Shown here piece after piece: positions 16,578 to 26,052 of a DNA stretch of 64,000 bases. The stretch is from an uncultured Candidatus Saccharibacteria bacterium (GTDB lineage: Bacteria; Patescibacteriota; Minisyncoccia; Portnoybacterales; UBA2143). Under the pieces are notes generated by a model. That model was not told the origin of the DNA, searched no databases, and saw only the letters and a program-made list of their open reading frames with translations. A program made the position numbers and the translations under genes. Where the stretch lies: assembly GCA_964629675.1 (NCBI GenBank), contig CAZVUG010000009.1:17523-81522 (forward strand), in the 5' to 3' direction. How positions within the stretch are numbered: the stretch's first letter is position 1; each line of letters starts with the position of its first letter.

Positions 16578-17720
16578 TTATTTCATTTTTCTTCTAATGA
16601 AAGCTGGAATATCCCATTCGCTTTCTTCAGTAGGTTCTTCTTTAGAGCTAGGAATTGATTGAGGCTTAGAAATTTCTTCTTTCTTTTTTTCTTTTATTTC
16701 TCTTTGATTAATTGGAGAAATATCTTGGATTTTCGTTTCTTTTTCTTCGCCTCTTTTAAGCATTTCCTCATCAAAACCTGTTGCTACTACGGTAACTTTG
16801 ATTTCGCCTTTTTTTAATTTATCATCCATGACTGCGCCAAAAATAACTCTCGCATCAGGATCAATAGATTCAGTGATAATTTTGGCCGCATCATTAATTT
16901 CAGACATTGCTAAATCTGCGCCACCACTAACATTAAATAAGACTCCTTTTGCTCCATCAATAGAAAGTTCAAGCAAAGGAGAATTAATAGCTGCTTTAGC
17001 TGCTTCAACAGCCCTGTCTTCACCAGTTGCTCGGCCAATACCCATCAAAGCAGAACCAGCATCTTCCATAATTGTTTTAATATCAGCAAAATCAACATTA
17101 ACGATTCCCGGAACAACAACTAAATCGGAAATTCCTTGAACAGCCTGCCGCAAAATATCATCAACTACTGAAAAAGCATTTAAAAGTGAAGTTTTTCTAT
17201 CGATAATAGTCAGTAATTTATCATTTGGCACTGTAATCAAAGTGTCTACACGATCTTTTAATTGTGATAAACCTTCTTCGGCAATTTGCAAACGCTGTTT
17301 GCCTTCAAAAGAAAAAGGCTTGGTAACTACACCAACGGTCAAAGCGCCTGCATCCTTAGCTGTTTCAGCAACAATAGGAGAAGCGCCTGTTCCAGTTCCT
17401 CCGCCCATTCCGCAAGTTACAAAAACCATATCCGATCCTTTAATTAATTCATGAATTTCATCCCTATTTTCTTCAGCTGCCTGACGGCCTACTTCTGGAT
17501 CCATGCCAGCCCCTAATCCTTTGGTTAAATTTTTACCAATATGTAGTTTTTCTAAAGCGTTGGTATGATGTAAATCTTGAGCATCAGTATTAATAGCGAC
17601 AAAATCTACTCCATGAATTTTACAAGCCATCATTCTGGATATTGCATTATTCCCGCTCCCTCCAATACCAATTACTTTAATTTTAGCAAAAGTTTCTACC
17701 TCCGGTTTCAACTGAGCCAT
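16578..17720 (-). CDS. ftsZ: Cell division GTPase FtsZ
   Basis: GIGGSGNNA and GMGGGTGTGASPIVA tubulin signature; C-terminal peptide DIPAFIRRK. Confidence 0.95.
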   Translation of the reverse strand: MAQLKPEVETFAKIKVIGIGGSGNNAISRMMACKIHGVDFVAINTDAQDLHHTNALEKLHIGKNLTKGLGAGMDPEVGRQAAEENRDEIHELIKGSDMVFVTCGMGGGTGTGASPIVAETAKDAGALTVGVVTKPFSFEGKQRLQIAEEGLSQLKDRVDTLITVPNDKLLTIIDRKTSLLNAFSVVDDILRQAVQGISDLVVVPGIVNVDFADIKTIMEDAGSALMGIGRATGEDRAVEAAKAAINSPLLELSIDGAKGVLFNVSGGADLAMSEINDAAKIITESIDPDARVIFGAVMDDKLKKGEIKVTVVATGFDEEMLKRGEEKETKIQDISPINQREIKEKKKEEISKPQSIPSSKEEPTEESEWDIPAFIRRKMK

Positions 17721-17837
17721 AATTGTAATAAAATTTTCAATTACTAATATTCAATTTAAATAATTTATTGAAACTTAGAAACTGGAAATTATTTTTAACT
17801 ATACCCTCCATCTAAAATTAATGCAAGGTTCTTAACC

Positions 17838-19082
17838 TTAAGGCATAAAACCGCCAAACCACTTCTTGAGCTTGCCTACGGTAGATCCTACTGAAAAACC
17901 TTTGATATTTATCCCTGCTCCGCTTCTTTTTTTTCTTTTTTCCATACTCCAAATAATTAAGCCTATTGCCGTTGCAAAACTAGGATCATTAACTTTATCA
18001 TTAATTCCTTCTATTTCTGAAGGAAAACCAATTTGCGCCGGCAATTTCAATTCTTCTTTTGCTAAATCAACTAAGCCAGGCATTTTAGACCCACCACCCA
18101 AAAGAACAACTCCTCCAGGCAAAAGACCTTGTCGGTCAATTCTTTTAAGTTCTTTATTAACTAAATCCATAATTTCTCTCAAACGCGCCTCGATAATATT
18201 AACCACTTCTACGCGTTGAACTGTTCCCTTTTCTTCTAACTTAAGCTTTGAAAGATTAACTATGTCTTTTTTGCTAACTTCTGAAATCAAAGCCGAACCA
18301 TATTCAACCTTAACTTTTTCCGCCAAATCAATGCTGCTTCTTAAACCGATCGCTATATCATTAGTAATATGAGAAGAACCAACTGGCAATATACAACTAT
18401 GGATAATATCACTTTCCTCAAAGACCGTCAAGCCAGAAGTGCCCCCGCCTAAATCAAGAACTAAAACGCCTAATTCTTTTTGGCGCTTGCTTAAAACTGA
18501 CTGACTAGCAGCTAAAGGAGCTAAGACTAATTCTTCTATTTCTAATCCAGCTTCTGAAATACATTTAGTTAAATTTTTGATAAAAGGAGCTGATCCTTCG
18601 ACAGTTAGAACATCAACTTCTAATCTGATTCCGTTCATACCTACCGGATCTTTGATTCCTTCTTGGCCGTCAACTGAAAAACTTCGCGGAAGAACATGAA
18701 AAATTTCTCTATTAGGAGAAACCGAAACCATAGATGCATTATGAATAACTCTTTCAACATCTTCGGGAGAGACTTCTCCGTCAGCTCGCGAGACAGCAAC
18801 GACCCCCTTTCCTGTTTTTGAAGCAATGTGATTGCCACTTATGCTAACAGAAACTGATTCAATTGGAATACCACTGCTTCTTTCAGCTTCTTGGACTGAC
18901 TCAGTAATATTCTTAACTGTTTCTTCAATATCAAAAACGACTCCTTTTCTTAACCCAAAAGACAATGCCTCACCTACGCCAATAATTTGGGGCTTCTCCT
19001 TATCTGACCTAAACTTAGCAACTACTGTCCGAATAGCACAAGTTCCAATATCTAAGCCAATAATGATTTGTTCTTTGGGCAT
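17838..19082 (-). CDS. ftsA: Cell division protein FtsA
   Basis: Actin-like ATPase motifs (GLDIGTCAIR, VLDLGGGTSGLTVF, VLLGGGSKMPG), directly upstream of ftsZ. Confidence 0.9.
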   Translation of the reverse strand: MPKEQIIIGLDIGTCAIRTVVAKFRSDKEKPQIIGVGEALSFGLRKGVVFDIEETVKNITESVQEAERSSGIPIESVSVSISGNHIASKTGKGVVAVSRADGEVSPEDVERVIHNASMVSVSPNREIFHVLPRSFSVDGQEGIKDPVGMNGIRLEVDVLTVEGSAPFIKNLTKCISEAGLEIEELVLAPLAASQSVLSKRQKELGVLVLDLGGGTSGLTVFEESDIIHSCILPVGSSHITNDIAIGLRSSIDLAEKVKVEYGSALISEVSKKDIVNLSKLKLEEKGTVQRVEVVNIIEARLREIMDLVNKELKRIDRQGLLPGGVVLLGGGSKMPGLVDLAKEELKLPAQIGFPSEIEGINDKVNDPSFATAIGLIIWSMEKRKKRSGAGINIKGFSVGSTVGKLKKWFGGFMP

Positions 19083-19101
19083 ATCAAATTAATTTATATA
19101 A

Positions 19102-19593
19102 TTATTTAAATTTTCCTATTTTTTTAAAAATTTTATCTTCCATTTCTTCCATTTGCTCTTTTTCTTTTAATCCTTTTTCGTGATCATAGCCTAACAAATG
19201 AAGAGTTCCATGAATTAATAAAATAATTAGTTCTTTTTCCAGAGAATGCCCTGATTTTCTAGCTTGCTTTTTAGCCCGAGGATAACAAATGATTATCTCT
19301 CCTAATCGGTTAATGCCATCTGGCGCTTCAACAAATTTTTCTTTTTTTTCTTTTGGAGAAAATGCTTTAATTAAATAAGGAAAAACCGATTTATCTCCAA
19401 ATGATAAAACGTCAGTTACCCGATTGCTGCCCCGATACATTTTATTTAATTTTCTCATTCTGCTATCACCAACAATAGCCAAGCTAATTTCAGCACTATT
19501 TTGAACTTCAACTTCGTCTAGAACAGTTCTAACTGTCTCTCGAAATATTTTCTCATTTATTTTGTTCTGTGTAAAGTTGCGGATTTCCAGCAT
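19102..19593 (-). CDS. ybeY: rRNA maturation endoribonuclease YbeY
   Basis: HGTLHLLGYDH zinc-binding motif; 163 aa. Confidence 0.85.
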   Translation of the reverse strand: MLEIRNFTQNKINEKIFRETVRTVLDEVEVQNSAEISLAIVGDSRMRKLNKMYRGSNRVTDVLSFGDKSVFPYLIKAFSPKEKKEKFVEAPDGINRLGEIIICYPRAKKQARKSGHSLEKELIILLIHGTLHLLGYDHEKGLKEKEQMEEMEDKIFKKIGKFK

Positions 19594-19595
19594 GC

Positions 19596-20096
19596 TTAAG
19601 ATAATTCTTCTCGAACAATTTTACTAATAACACCTCCTTCAGCTTTCCCCTTTAATTGGAAAACAACAGCGCCAATTACTTTCCCCATATCTTGAGGACT
19701 ACTAGCTCCTAATTCTTGAATTTTATTTTTAACTATTTTCCTAATTTCTTCTTCTTCCATTTGTTTCGGCAAATATTCCATTAAAATTTTTAATTCTTCT
19801 TCTTCTTTTTCAACTAAATCCTGGCGATTGCCTTTTTGATATTGCTCGATAGAATCTTTTCGTTTTTTAACTTCGCTATAGATAACTTCCAAGACTTCTT
19901 CATCGCTTAATTTGCTTTTTTCTTCCAATATTTCTATTTTTTCTTCTGTCTTGCTTAATTTACTCCTTTTTTCTTTCTCTTTATTAAAAATGGCCGCCAT
20001 CATCATACGCAAAACAGAAACCCTCAAAGGATCCTTATTTTGCAAGGCGCTTTTAACATCATCTTGAATTTTCTCTTTTATTTCCTTGTTCTCCAT
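19596..20096 (-). CDS. GatB/YqeY domain-containing protein
   Basis: IKEKIQDDVKSALQNKDPLRVSVLRMMMAAI... and C-terminal MGKVIGAVVFQLKGKAEGGVISKIVREEL are typical of YqeY. Confidence 0.7.
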   Translation of the reverse strand: MENKEIKEKIQDDVKSALQNKDPLRVSVLRMMMAAIFNKEKEKRSKLSKTEEKIEILEEKSKLSDEEVLEVIYSEVKKRKDSIEQYQKGNRQDLVEKEEEELKILMEYLPKQMEEEEIRKIVKNKIQELGASSPQDMGKVIGAVVFQLKGKAEGGVISKIVREELS

Positions 20097-20323
20097 CTTG
20101 GTTCTTCTTCTAATAATCCCATTTTTCTTAATTTTTCTTTCTCTTTAGAAATTTTTTTTCTTCTTAAGGCACTTTCTCTACGTTCTTTTTTGCCAGGTTC
20201 TCTTTCGTGAAATTTTGATTTTCGAGCATGCAACAAAATACCGCTTTGTTGGACTCGGCGGGAAAAACGCCTTAATAAAGAACGAGTTGTTTCTCCTGGT
20301 TTTTTCTTAATTTGAATTGCCAC
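20078..20323 (-). CDS. rpsU: 30S ribosomal protein S21
   Basis: GTG start; ETTRSLLRRFSRRVQQSGILLHARKSKFHEREPGKKERRESALRRK fits the S21 pattern. Confidence 0.7.
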   Translation of the reverse strand: MAIQIKKKPGETTRSLLRRFSRRVQQSGILLHARKSKFHEREPGKKERRESALRRKKISKEKEKLRKMGLLEEEPRWRTRK

Positions 20324-20332
20324 ACAATCACC

Positions 20333-20902
20333 TCACTTTCCTTTGATTTTGTTGGTTAATTTAATTAATTTTCCAATTAATATTTTGGGGTCAGAATCAT
20401 AAACTATTCTTCCCGGCCCGCGATGCGATTTACTAATAATATATTTTACCATATCTGCTGTTCCACCGCTTCCTGTTAAAATACCGATTGGCTTGTTATC
20501 TTCAAAAGCAATTGTAAATTCATTTAACGTACCGATACGCCCGCAGATAACGATAACTGCGTCAGAAGAACGGGTTAGAATTAAATTACGGCCAGCATAG
20601 TTAAATCCAGTATATACTATTACGTCATGAAAATCAGTAGGCAGCTTATATTTTTTAATATGTGATTTTTCTGAAGCGGCCGGGGAAAAACCAATAACAA
20701 TGCCTCCTTGCTCTTTAGCTCCTTGGGCGGCGTAGTAAGGAATACCAACTGTTGCTCCGGTAAGCAAAACTCCGTTTCTTCTAACAACTTCCCGGCCAAT
20801 TTCTTTGGCTAACTCTAAAGCTCCCTTTGCGCATTTTTTTGTTTCAGCTGCTCCTGAAACAGATATTCTAAGCATATCTATCTGCAATATTAGAAGCGGC
20901 AA
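20333..20902 (-). CDS. TIGR00725/LOG-like (SLOG) Rossmann-fold protein
   Basis: ISVSGAA...GVLLTGATVGIPYYAAQGAKEQGGIVIGFSPA...VIVICGRIGTLNEFTIA pattern. The true start is possibly the internal Met at 20875. Confidence 0.6.
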   Translation of the reverse strand: MPLLILQIDMLRISVSGAAETKKCAKGALELAKEIGREVVRRNGVLLTGATVGIPYYAAQGAKEQGGIVIGFSPAASEKSHIKKYKLPTDFHDVIVYTGFNYAGRNLILTRSSDAVIVICGRIGTLNEFTIAFEDNKPIGILTGSGGTADMVKYIISKSHRGPGRIVYDSDPKILIGKLIKLTNKIKGK

Positions 20903-21374
20903 ATGATTCTGGTTTGATCATTGCTTTAAAGCCATTTCCGCGAACCATGCCGACTACTTCTTTAATCATATCTCGCGTAGGCCCATTTTTGCCTACATCA
21001 ATATGAATTTGAAAATCATAATTAAGCTGATGACCTTTTTTAAATAATAATTCCAGTTGCCCAAGAATTTCTTGAGCAGATTGCAAAGACAAAGCAACTT
21101 CTTGATGAATGCGATCTCTCAGAGTATGATAAATTTTCCCTTCACTTCTTTTTTGCCAAAAATAACGGCCTCCTCTGCCTACCCGATAAACAATGATCGC
21201 TGTTACGAAATCGGCTTGCCGGCAACCATCTGAATCAGTGCCGACAATCAGCTGATATTTTCTTCCTGAATCATCATTAATAAAATCTGAAATCTCGCGA
21301 GCTACTTTACCTAAACTTAAGCGTCCTTTAGTTGGGCTAAGAAAAGTAGATTTTTTATCTCTCATTATTTTCAA
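20868..21374 (-). CDS. RNase H-like YkuK (DUF458) family protein
   Basis: YQLIVGTDSD...FVTAIIVYRVGRGGRYFW...DFQIHIDVGKNGPTRDMIKEVVGMVRGNGF...KPESFAASNIADRY. TTG at 21374 or ATG at 21365. Confidence 0.6.
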   Translation of the reverse strand: MKIMRDKKSTFLSPTKGRLSLGKVAREISDFINDDSGRKYQLIVGTDSDGCRQADFVTAIIVYRVGRGGRYFWQKRSEGKIYHTLRDRIHQEVALSLQSAQEILGQLELLFKKGHQLNYDFQIHIDVGKNGPTRDMIKEVVGMVRGNGFKAMIKPESFAASNIADRYA

Positions 21375-21525
21375 TATACTCTTTTAATCCCTTTTTGACA
21401 AGCCCTTGATATAGTGCTTTAATTTTTTCTTCCTGTTTTTTAAAATCTAGAACATCTTTACGAAGACGCGCTTTTTCTCTGCGTAAATATTTACGAATTC
21501 CTTTAGGCAATCTTTTTTTAATCAT
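21355..21525 (-). CDS. Unannotated 56-aa basic small ORF (hypothetical)
   Basis: Not in the ORF track (<60 aa). ATG at 21523-21525 to TAA at 21355-21357: MIKKRLPKGIRKYLRREKARLRKDVLDFKKQEEKIKALYQGLVKKGLKEYIENNER. Overlaps the YkuK start by 20 nt. Confidence 0.3.
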   Translation of the reverse strand: MIKKRLPKGIRKYLRREKARLRKDVLDFKKQEEKIKALYQGLVKKGLKEYIENNER

Positions 21526-21620
21526 AATAATATCTTTCTTTTATTAAATTGACAAAGCTATTTAAGAATAGTAAACTAAAAACAATTTTTGAGCAAGAAC
21601 CTTAACAACAGGAGCCGAAA

Positions 21621-21866
21621 ATGGCAAGAAAAAAATACTCAGAAAATGAAGAGGCTAAAAAAATTAAAGAATTAATTAAAGGGCATGATTATAAAAAAAA
21701 TGAGGACGAAATTTATCGTTTACTGAAAAAGCATATCAAGATAATCGAATTTGATCGAAAGAAAAAAATAGCTTGGGGAATTATTGAAGGAATAATTATT
21801 ACAGAAAAAGAAAGGAAAATAATTGATTCAATTTTCAGAAGAAAAGGAGGCTACTATGAGAAATAA
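21621..21866 (+). CDS. Hypothetical 81-aa protein upstream of the Gam-like gene
   Basis: ORF track; SD aacaggagccgaaaATG; 11-nt overlap with the next gene. No recognisable motif. Confidence 0.4.
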   Translation: MARKKYSENEEAKKIKELIKGHDYKKNEDEIYRLLKKHIKIIEFDRKKKIAWGIIEGIIITEKERKIIDSIFRRKGGYYEK

Positions 21867-22380
21867 ACTAGTTATTTTTCCAACATCAATACCGCAAAAT
21901 ATATATGAAGCATCTACTTTTTTAACATATATCGAAAGAGAGCAAAGGAAAATTGATAAGATTCAAGATGACCTTGATCAGCAAATTTGTCTTTTGGAAA
22001 ACAGGAAGATAAAAGAGATTGAAATGCATCAAGAAAAAATTCAAAAATTAGTTGAGAACCTCTTTATTTTTGCCGAAAAAAACCGGCAGGAATTAACTCA
22101 AAACGGCCAACAAGAAACAGTCAAATTACCTAATGGTTGGTTTGGCTGGGGGCTAGTTCCGCCAATTGTTTTAATTAATAATACAAAAGATGTTATTAAT
22201 AAACTAAAATATGCAGGCTTAAAAAGATTTATCAAGATAAAAGAAGAGATAAACGAAAAAGCAATTTTAAAGGAAACTAGCTTAGCTAAAACAATTAAGG
22301 GAATCAGAATCAAACAATACAAAAAATTTATTGTTAAACCGTTAAAATCAGAAGAAGAAATTGTTTATAAAATTAGTTAA
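21856..22380 (+). CDS. gam: Phage Mu Gam-like host-nuclease inhibitor / DNA-end binding protein
   Basis: ATG at 21856 follows an aaggagg SD. Coiled N-terminal half, then AEKNRQELTQNGQQETVKLPNGWFGWGLVPPIVLINNTKDVINKLKYAGLKRFIKIKEEINEKAILKE, which matches the Gam pattern as I recall it (KS..L.NG.V.WR...PSV.I.....VI..LK..GL..FIR.KEE.NKEAIL). Confidence 0.6.
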   Translation: MRNKLVIFPTSIPQNIYEASTFLTYIEREQRKIDKIQDDLDQQICLLENRKIKEIEMHQEKIQKLVENLFIFAEKNRQELTQNGQQETVKLPNGWFGWGLVPPIVLINNTKDVINKLKYAGLKRFIKIKEEINEKAILKETSLAKTIKGIRIKQYKKFIVKPLKSEEEIVYKIS

Positions 22381-22387
22381 TTCAAAC

Positions 22388-22418
22388 AACCTCTTATTAA
22401 GGATATAAGAGGTTTTTT
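22388..22418. terminator. Bidirectional terminator between the Gam-like gene and the permease
   Basis: cctcttat (22390-22397) / ataagagg (22405-22412), followed by tttttt. Confidence 0.7.
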
Positions 22419-22420
22419 AT

Positions 22421-23554
22421 TTAAAAATAAGAAAAGATCTGATAAAAAAGGCCCAAACTTAAAATTAGGATTAATCCATTTAAAACGATTGGCTTAAGCT
22501 TAAGCGTGTATTCTGGCTGTCGCTTACCCTGTTTTTTAGCTTTTTGGTAAATTAAAATTAAAATAATTCCTTCTAGGGCAGAAAAGACTGCTCCCATAAA
22601 TCCAATAACGGCAACAAAATTACGAACATCAAAAAGAAAAAACATCAAGGGGACTGAAACAACTAAAATCCAAGATAGATTTTTATTAATTCCATAATCA
22701 TACCAAAATATTTTTTTAAGAGTTAAGCCGACAATTAAAAAGGAAGTTGTTACGGCTAGAATACCGAAGATAGCTCCCAGGATAATTGTTCCATTTTCTA
22801 AAATTTTAACTAATCCCTGGATAGCTTCCGCTGAAGTTTCTTGGCCAGTTACTCCGATAACTGTAAAAAGAAAGATAAAACAAAGGAAGACTGGAATAAG
22901 GGTTCCCCAGATAATAGCTTTTTTAAAAAGTTTATAACCAGCTTTCTTGTTTTCGCTAAAAATTTCTTTCATTTCTGGAATAGCTGCCCAGCCAGATAGT
23001 GCCCAAAGGATTACCCCGTAAGGAAGAAAAAAATATTTCAAATTTGTTCCGACAAAGTTAGATAATTCAATTTCCGGCCAGCCTTTAAAGAAAATAATAA
23101 AAATAACAGCAATCAAAAACAAACTCATGAAAATTTCAATTTTACTGACAACTTTTAAGCCAAAAAAAATAGCTAAAGCGCAAACAATAAAAAAAAGCAA
23201 ACTCCAAATAAAATCAGAGCCGCCGAAAATTGTTTTTAAAAACTCGCCTGAAACAATAACGTAAGCTAAAAGGGCGCCATAAAAAATAGAAACAGAAGTA
23301 AGGGTTGTTATATATTTTCCCCATTTCCCTAGATATTTTTTTGCATAACCAACGAAACGATGCTTGCCTGTTGTTCGCAGAATAACTTCTCCGTAAAGCA
23401 AATGCATTATTAAAATCATTCCGGAAAGAAATAATAAAAAAATAATACCTAGGGTAAAACCAGATTTAGACACTACATAAGGAATTCCAAAAATACCGAC
23501 TCCGATAATAGTTCCGATCAGCGTAGCGACAGCGTAACAAAAATTTTTAGACAT
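22421..23554 (-). CDS. Amino acid permease (aromatic amino acid/Trp-Tyr permease-like)
   Basis: 377 aa, about 11 TM segments. N-terminal ATLIGTIIGVGIFGIPYVVSKSGF is typical of this transporter family. Confidence 0.55.
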   Translation of the reverse strand: MSKNFCYAVATLIGTIIGVGIFGIPYVVSKSGFTLGIIFLLFLSGMILIMHLLYGEVILRTTGKHRFVGYAKKYLGKWGKYITTLTSVSIFYGALLAYVIVSGEFLKTIFGGSDFIWSLLFFIVCALAIFFGLKVVSKIEIFMSLFLIAVIFIIFFKGWPEIELSNFVGTNLKYFFLPYGVILWALSGWAAIPEMKEIFSENKKAGYKLFKKAIIWGTLIPVFLCFIFLFTVIGVTGQETSAEAIQGLVKILENGTIILGAIFGILAVTTSFLIVGLTLKKIFWYDYGINKNLSWILVVSVPLMFFLFDVRNFVAVIGFMGAVFSALEGIILILIYQKAKKQGKRQPEYTLKLKPIVLNGLILILSLGLFYQIFSYF

Positions 23555-23558
23555 AAAA

Positions 23559-23804
23559 TTAAATAGCTAAATAACCAGCTTGATTAAGATACCCTTTACT
23601 ATATAGCCATTTTGACAATAGAATAATAGCTATTCCTAAAATAACTGATATAAAAAATATAAATTTGCCTTCTTTTTTTAAGTCAGGTTCAGTTAAAAAA
23701 GCAATTCCTAAAACAGCTCCCGAGACAGGGCTGATGATAGCAATAACAATAGCTAGCCAAAACCATTTTTTACGTGAGCTTAAACTAACTTTTTCCTCAT
23801 CCAT
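23559..23804 (-). CDS. Small two-TM membrane protein, hypothetical
   Basis: ORF track; two hydrophobic helices; 8-nt overlap with the HIT gene. Confidence 0.4.
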   Translation of the reverse strand: MDEEKVSLSSRKKWFWLAIVIAIISPVSGAVLGIAFLTEPDLKKEGKFIFFISVILGIAIILLSKWLYSKGYLNQAGYLAI

Positions 23805-24126
23805 TTATTTCACCTCCTCCCATTAAATGCAAATGGATATGATCAACAATTTGTCCGCCGCCTCGGCCAACATTAAAAGTTAAACGATAACCTTTTTGGT
23901 CAATTTTATTTTCAACTGCCAAATCTCTAGCCAAAAAAATCATTTTACTGACTAATTCCTTATCGACTTCCTCTAAATGATTAATTGATTCAATATGCTT
24001 TTTTGGAACAATTAAAAGATGGACTGGCGCTTTTGGACTAATGTCTTTGAAGGCAATTATTTCTTTATCTTCATAAACAATATCCGCTTCGCGCTCGTGA
24101 TTGGCAATTTGGCAAAAAATACACAT
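23797..24126 (-). CDS. HIT (histidine triad) family nucleotide hydrolase
   Basis: CIFCQI...PKAPVHLLIVPKKH...DHIHLHLMGG histidine-triad motif. Confidence 0.85.
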   Translation of the reverse strand: MCIFCQIANHEREADIVYEDKEIIAFKDISPKAPVHLLIVPKKHIESINHLEEVDKELVSKMIFLARDLAVENKIDQKGYRLTFNVGRGGGQIVDHIHLHLMGGGEING

Positions 24127-24128
24127 AA

Positions 24129-25427
24129 TTATTTTTTCTTTAATTTTTTCTTAAGTTCTCTAATTACTTTATTCAAAGGAATTACTTCTTGGCTGCCAGA
24201 TTCCATATCTTTTAGAATGACTGTATTATCTAAAGCTTCTTTTTGGCCGATGAAAAGACTGAAAGGGGCTTCATGTTTGCTGGCTGTTTTTAGTTGTGTT
24301 TTGATTGTATTTTCACTAAAAGAAGCAGCCACTTTCAAACCTGATTTGCGCAATTCTTCAAAAAGGACTAAAGACTTCTTCTTGCCTAATTCTCCTAACT
24401 GAATCAAGAAAATTAAAGGGCCCTTCTTTGGACTTACCTTAATATTCCTTTCTTTAAATAAATCAACAATTCTATTGATATCCAGACTAAAGCCAACAGC
24501 TGGCTTTTCCGCGCCTCCTAATATCTTAATTAAACTATCATATCTTCCACCGCCACCCAAAGAGACCCATTTCCTTTCTTCTTCCTCCGGCCAAATTTCA
24601 AAAACAGTCTTTGTGTAATAATTTAATCCCCGGACTAAATATGGGTTGAGAATGTACGGAATCTCCAAAGCATCTAAATATTCTAAAACATCTTTAAAAT
24701 GATTATGGCATTCGTCGCATAAGTAATCAATGATTTGTGGAGCTTCTTCTTTTATTTCCTCGCAATGTTCTTCGTGGCAATTTAAAAGACTCCACGGATT
24801 TTGCGTAAGCCTTTTTTGACACTCAGGACAAAGTTCATTTTTTCTCTTGCGATAAAAACTAACTAAAGATCTGCGATAAGCGCTTCGGCATTTAGGGCAG
24901 CCGACACTGTTAATTTGAACTGTTACATTTTTAAGGCCTAATTCTTTTCTAATAATAGAGAAAAGGATTTGAATTAATTGCGCGTCGACAACAGCTTCTT
25001 TTTCGCCGATAATTTCAAAATTAGCCTGAACTGACTGATATCGATGTTCATCTTGAATTTTCTGGTAGCGAAAGACCGGACCAATCGTATAAAGCTTGAC
25101 TGGGTGAGGCCAGTTAGAAAGATTTCTTTCCAAGTAAGCTCTAAGAATTGAAGGAGTAAGCTCTGAACGAAGAGCTAATTTCTCCCCTCCTTTTGTTTTT
25201 AAAAGGTACATTTCTTTTTCAATAACATCATCAGCTAGGCCAACTGCTTTTGTAAAAAGAGAAGCATTTTCCAGAATTGGCGTATCCAAACGCTCAAAAC
25301 CATAGCTTTCAGCTAATCGCCTTATAATCTGTTCTGCCTTTTGCCAATAAGCTTGATCGGCCGGCAGAATATCATGCATGCCCTCCGGAGCCTGAAAAAA
25401 TCTTTTTTTTATTCTGTTAGGACACAT
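24129..25427 (-). CDS. hisS: Histidyl-tRNA synthetase
   Basis: GMHDILP, class II motifs (FRYQKIQDEHRYQSVQANFEIIG, GGGRYD). The ORF-track start at 25547 overlaps lepB; ATG at 25427 lies 4 nt after the lepB stop and is preferred. Confidence 0.85.
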   Translation of the reverse strand: MCPNRIKKRFFQAPEGMHDILPADQAYWQKAEQIIRRLAESYGFERLDTPILENASLFTKAVGLADDVIEKEMYLLKTKGGEKLALRSELTPSILRAYLERNLSNWPHPVKLYTIGPVFRYQKIQDEHRYQSVQANFEIIGEKEAVVDAQLIQILFSIIRKELGLKNVTVQINSVGCPKCRSAYRRSLVSFYRKRKNELCPECQKRLTQNPWSLLNCHEEHCEEIKEEAPQIIDYLCDECHNHFKDVLEYLDALEIPYILNPYLVRGLNYYTKTVFEIWPEEEERKWVSLGGGGRYDSLIKILGGAEKPAVGFSLDINRIVDLFKERNIKVSPKKGPLIFLIQLGELGKKKSLVLFEELRKSGLKVAASFSENTIKTQLKTASKHEAPFSLFIGQKEALDNTVILKDMESGSQEVIPLNKVIRELKKKLKKK

Positions 25428-25431
25428 AAGA

Positions 25432-25968
25432 TTAATACACCTTAGCTGCATCGAAAGGCCAAGCGCGAATCCATACCTGGCCAATAATATTTCCCTCCGG
25501 AAGTTTGCCCCATTGTCGGGAATCCGAACTCTGGTGTCGATTATCACCTAAGACAAAATATTCTTCTTCACCTAGTTCAGCGGTAATGTTTCCTGGAGTA
25601 GTTACAATTCCTGATAAATAAGAAGATTCGTCTAGGGGTATTCCCTCGGGATTTTCTATATTATAAATAAAGATTTGCCCTTTTTTAATTTCGACTTTCT
25701 CCAGCGGCAAGCCAATAATTCTTTTAATATAATACTGAGAAGGGTCAGCTGGGTACTTAAAAACAATTACATCCCCTCGTTCAGGTTCATGAAAACGGTA
25801 GCTGATTTCATCAATAATTAAATATTGCCCTGTATTAAAATTAGGCTGCATTGAAGCGCCACGGACAAAAAAAGGCTGAATCAAAAAATAACGGACAGGA
25901 ATAATAATTGCTAGGGAAATAACAACTATTTTAGTTATTTCCCAAATAAAGACTAATAATTTTCTCAT
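25432..25968 (-). CDS. lepB: Signal peptidase I
   Basis: N-terminal TM; GASMQPN (Ser) and GDNRHQSSDSR motifs. Confidence 0.85.
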   Translation of the reverse strand: MRKLLVFIWEITKIVVISLAIIIPVRYFLIQPFFVRGASMQPNFNTGQYLIIDEISYRFHEPERGDVIVFKYPADPSQYYIKRIIGLPLEKVEIKKGQIFIYNIENPEGIPLDESSYLSGIVTTPGNITAELGEEEYFVLGDNRHQSSDSRQWGKLPEGNIIGQVWIRAWPFDAAKVY

Positions 25969-26052
25969 ATTATTAATATTAGATTACTTCTGCTAAAAAA
26001 TCAAATTTGTTATCAATTGTCGTTCTTTTACAAATCTGCTATACTAGATAAA

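Noticed and set aside
24019-24402. ORF 24019..24402 (+) spanning the HIT/hisS junction
   Set aside because: It is antisense to two confidently identified genes and has no motif or SD.
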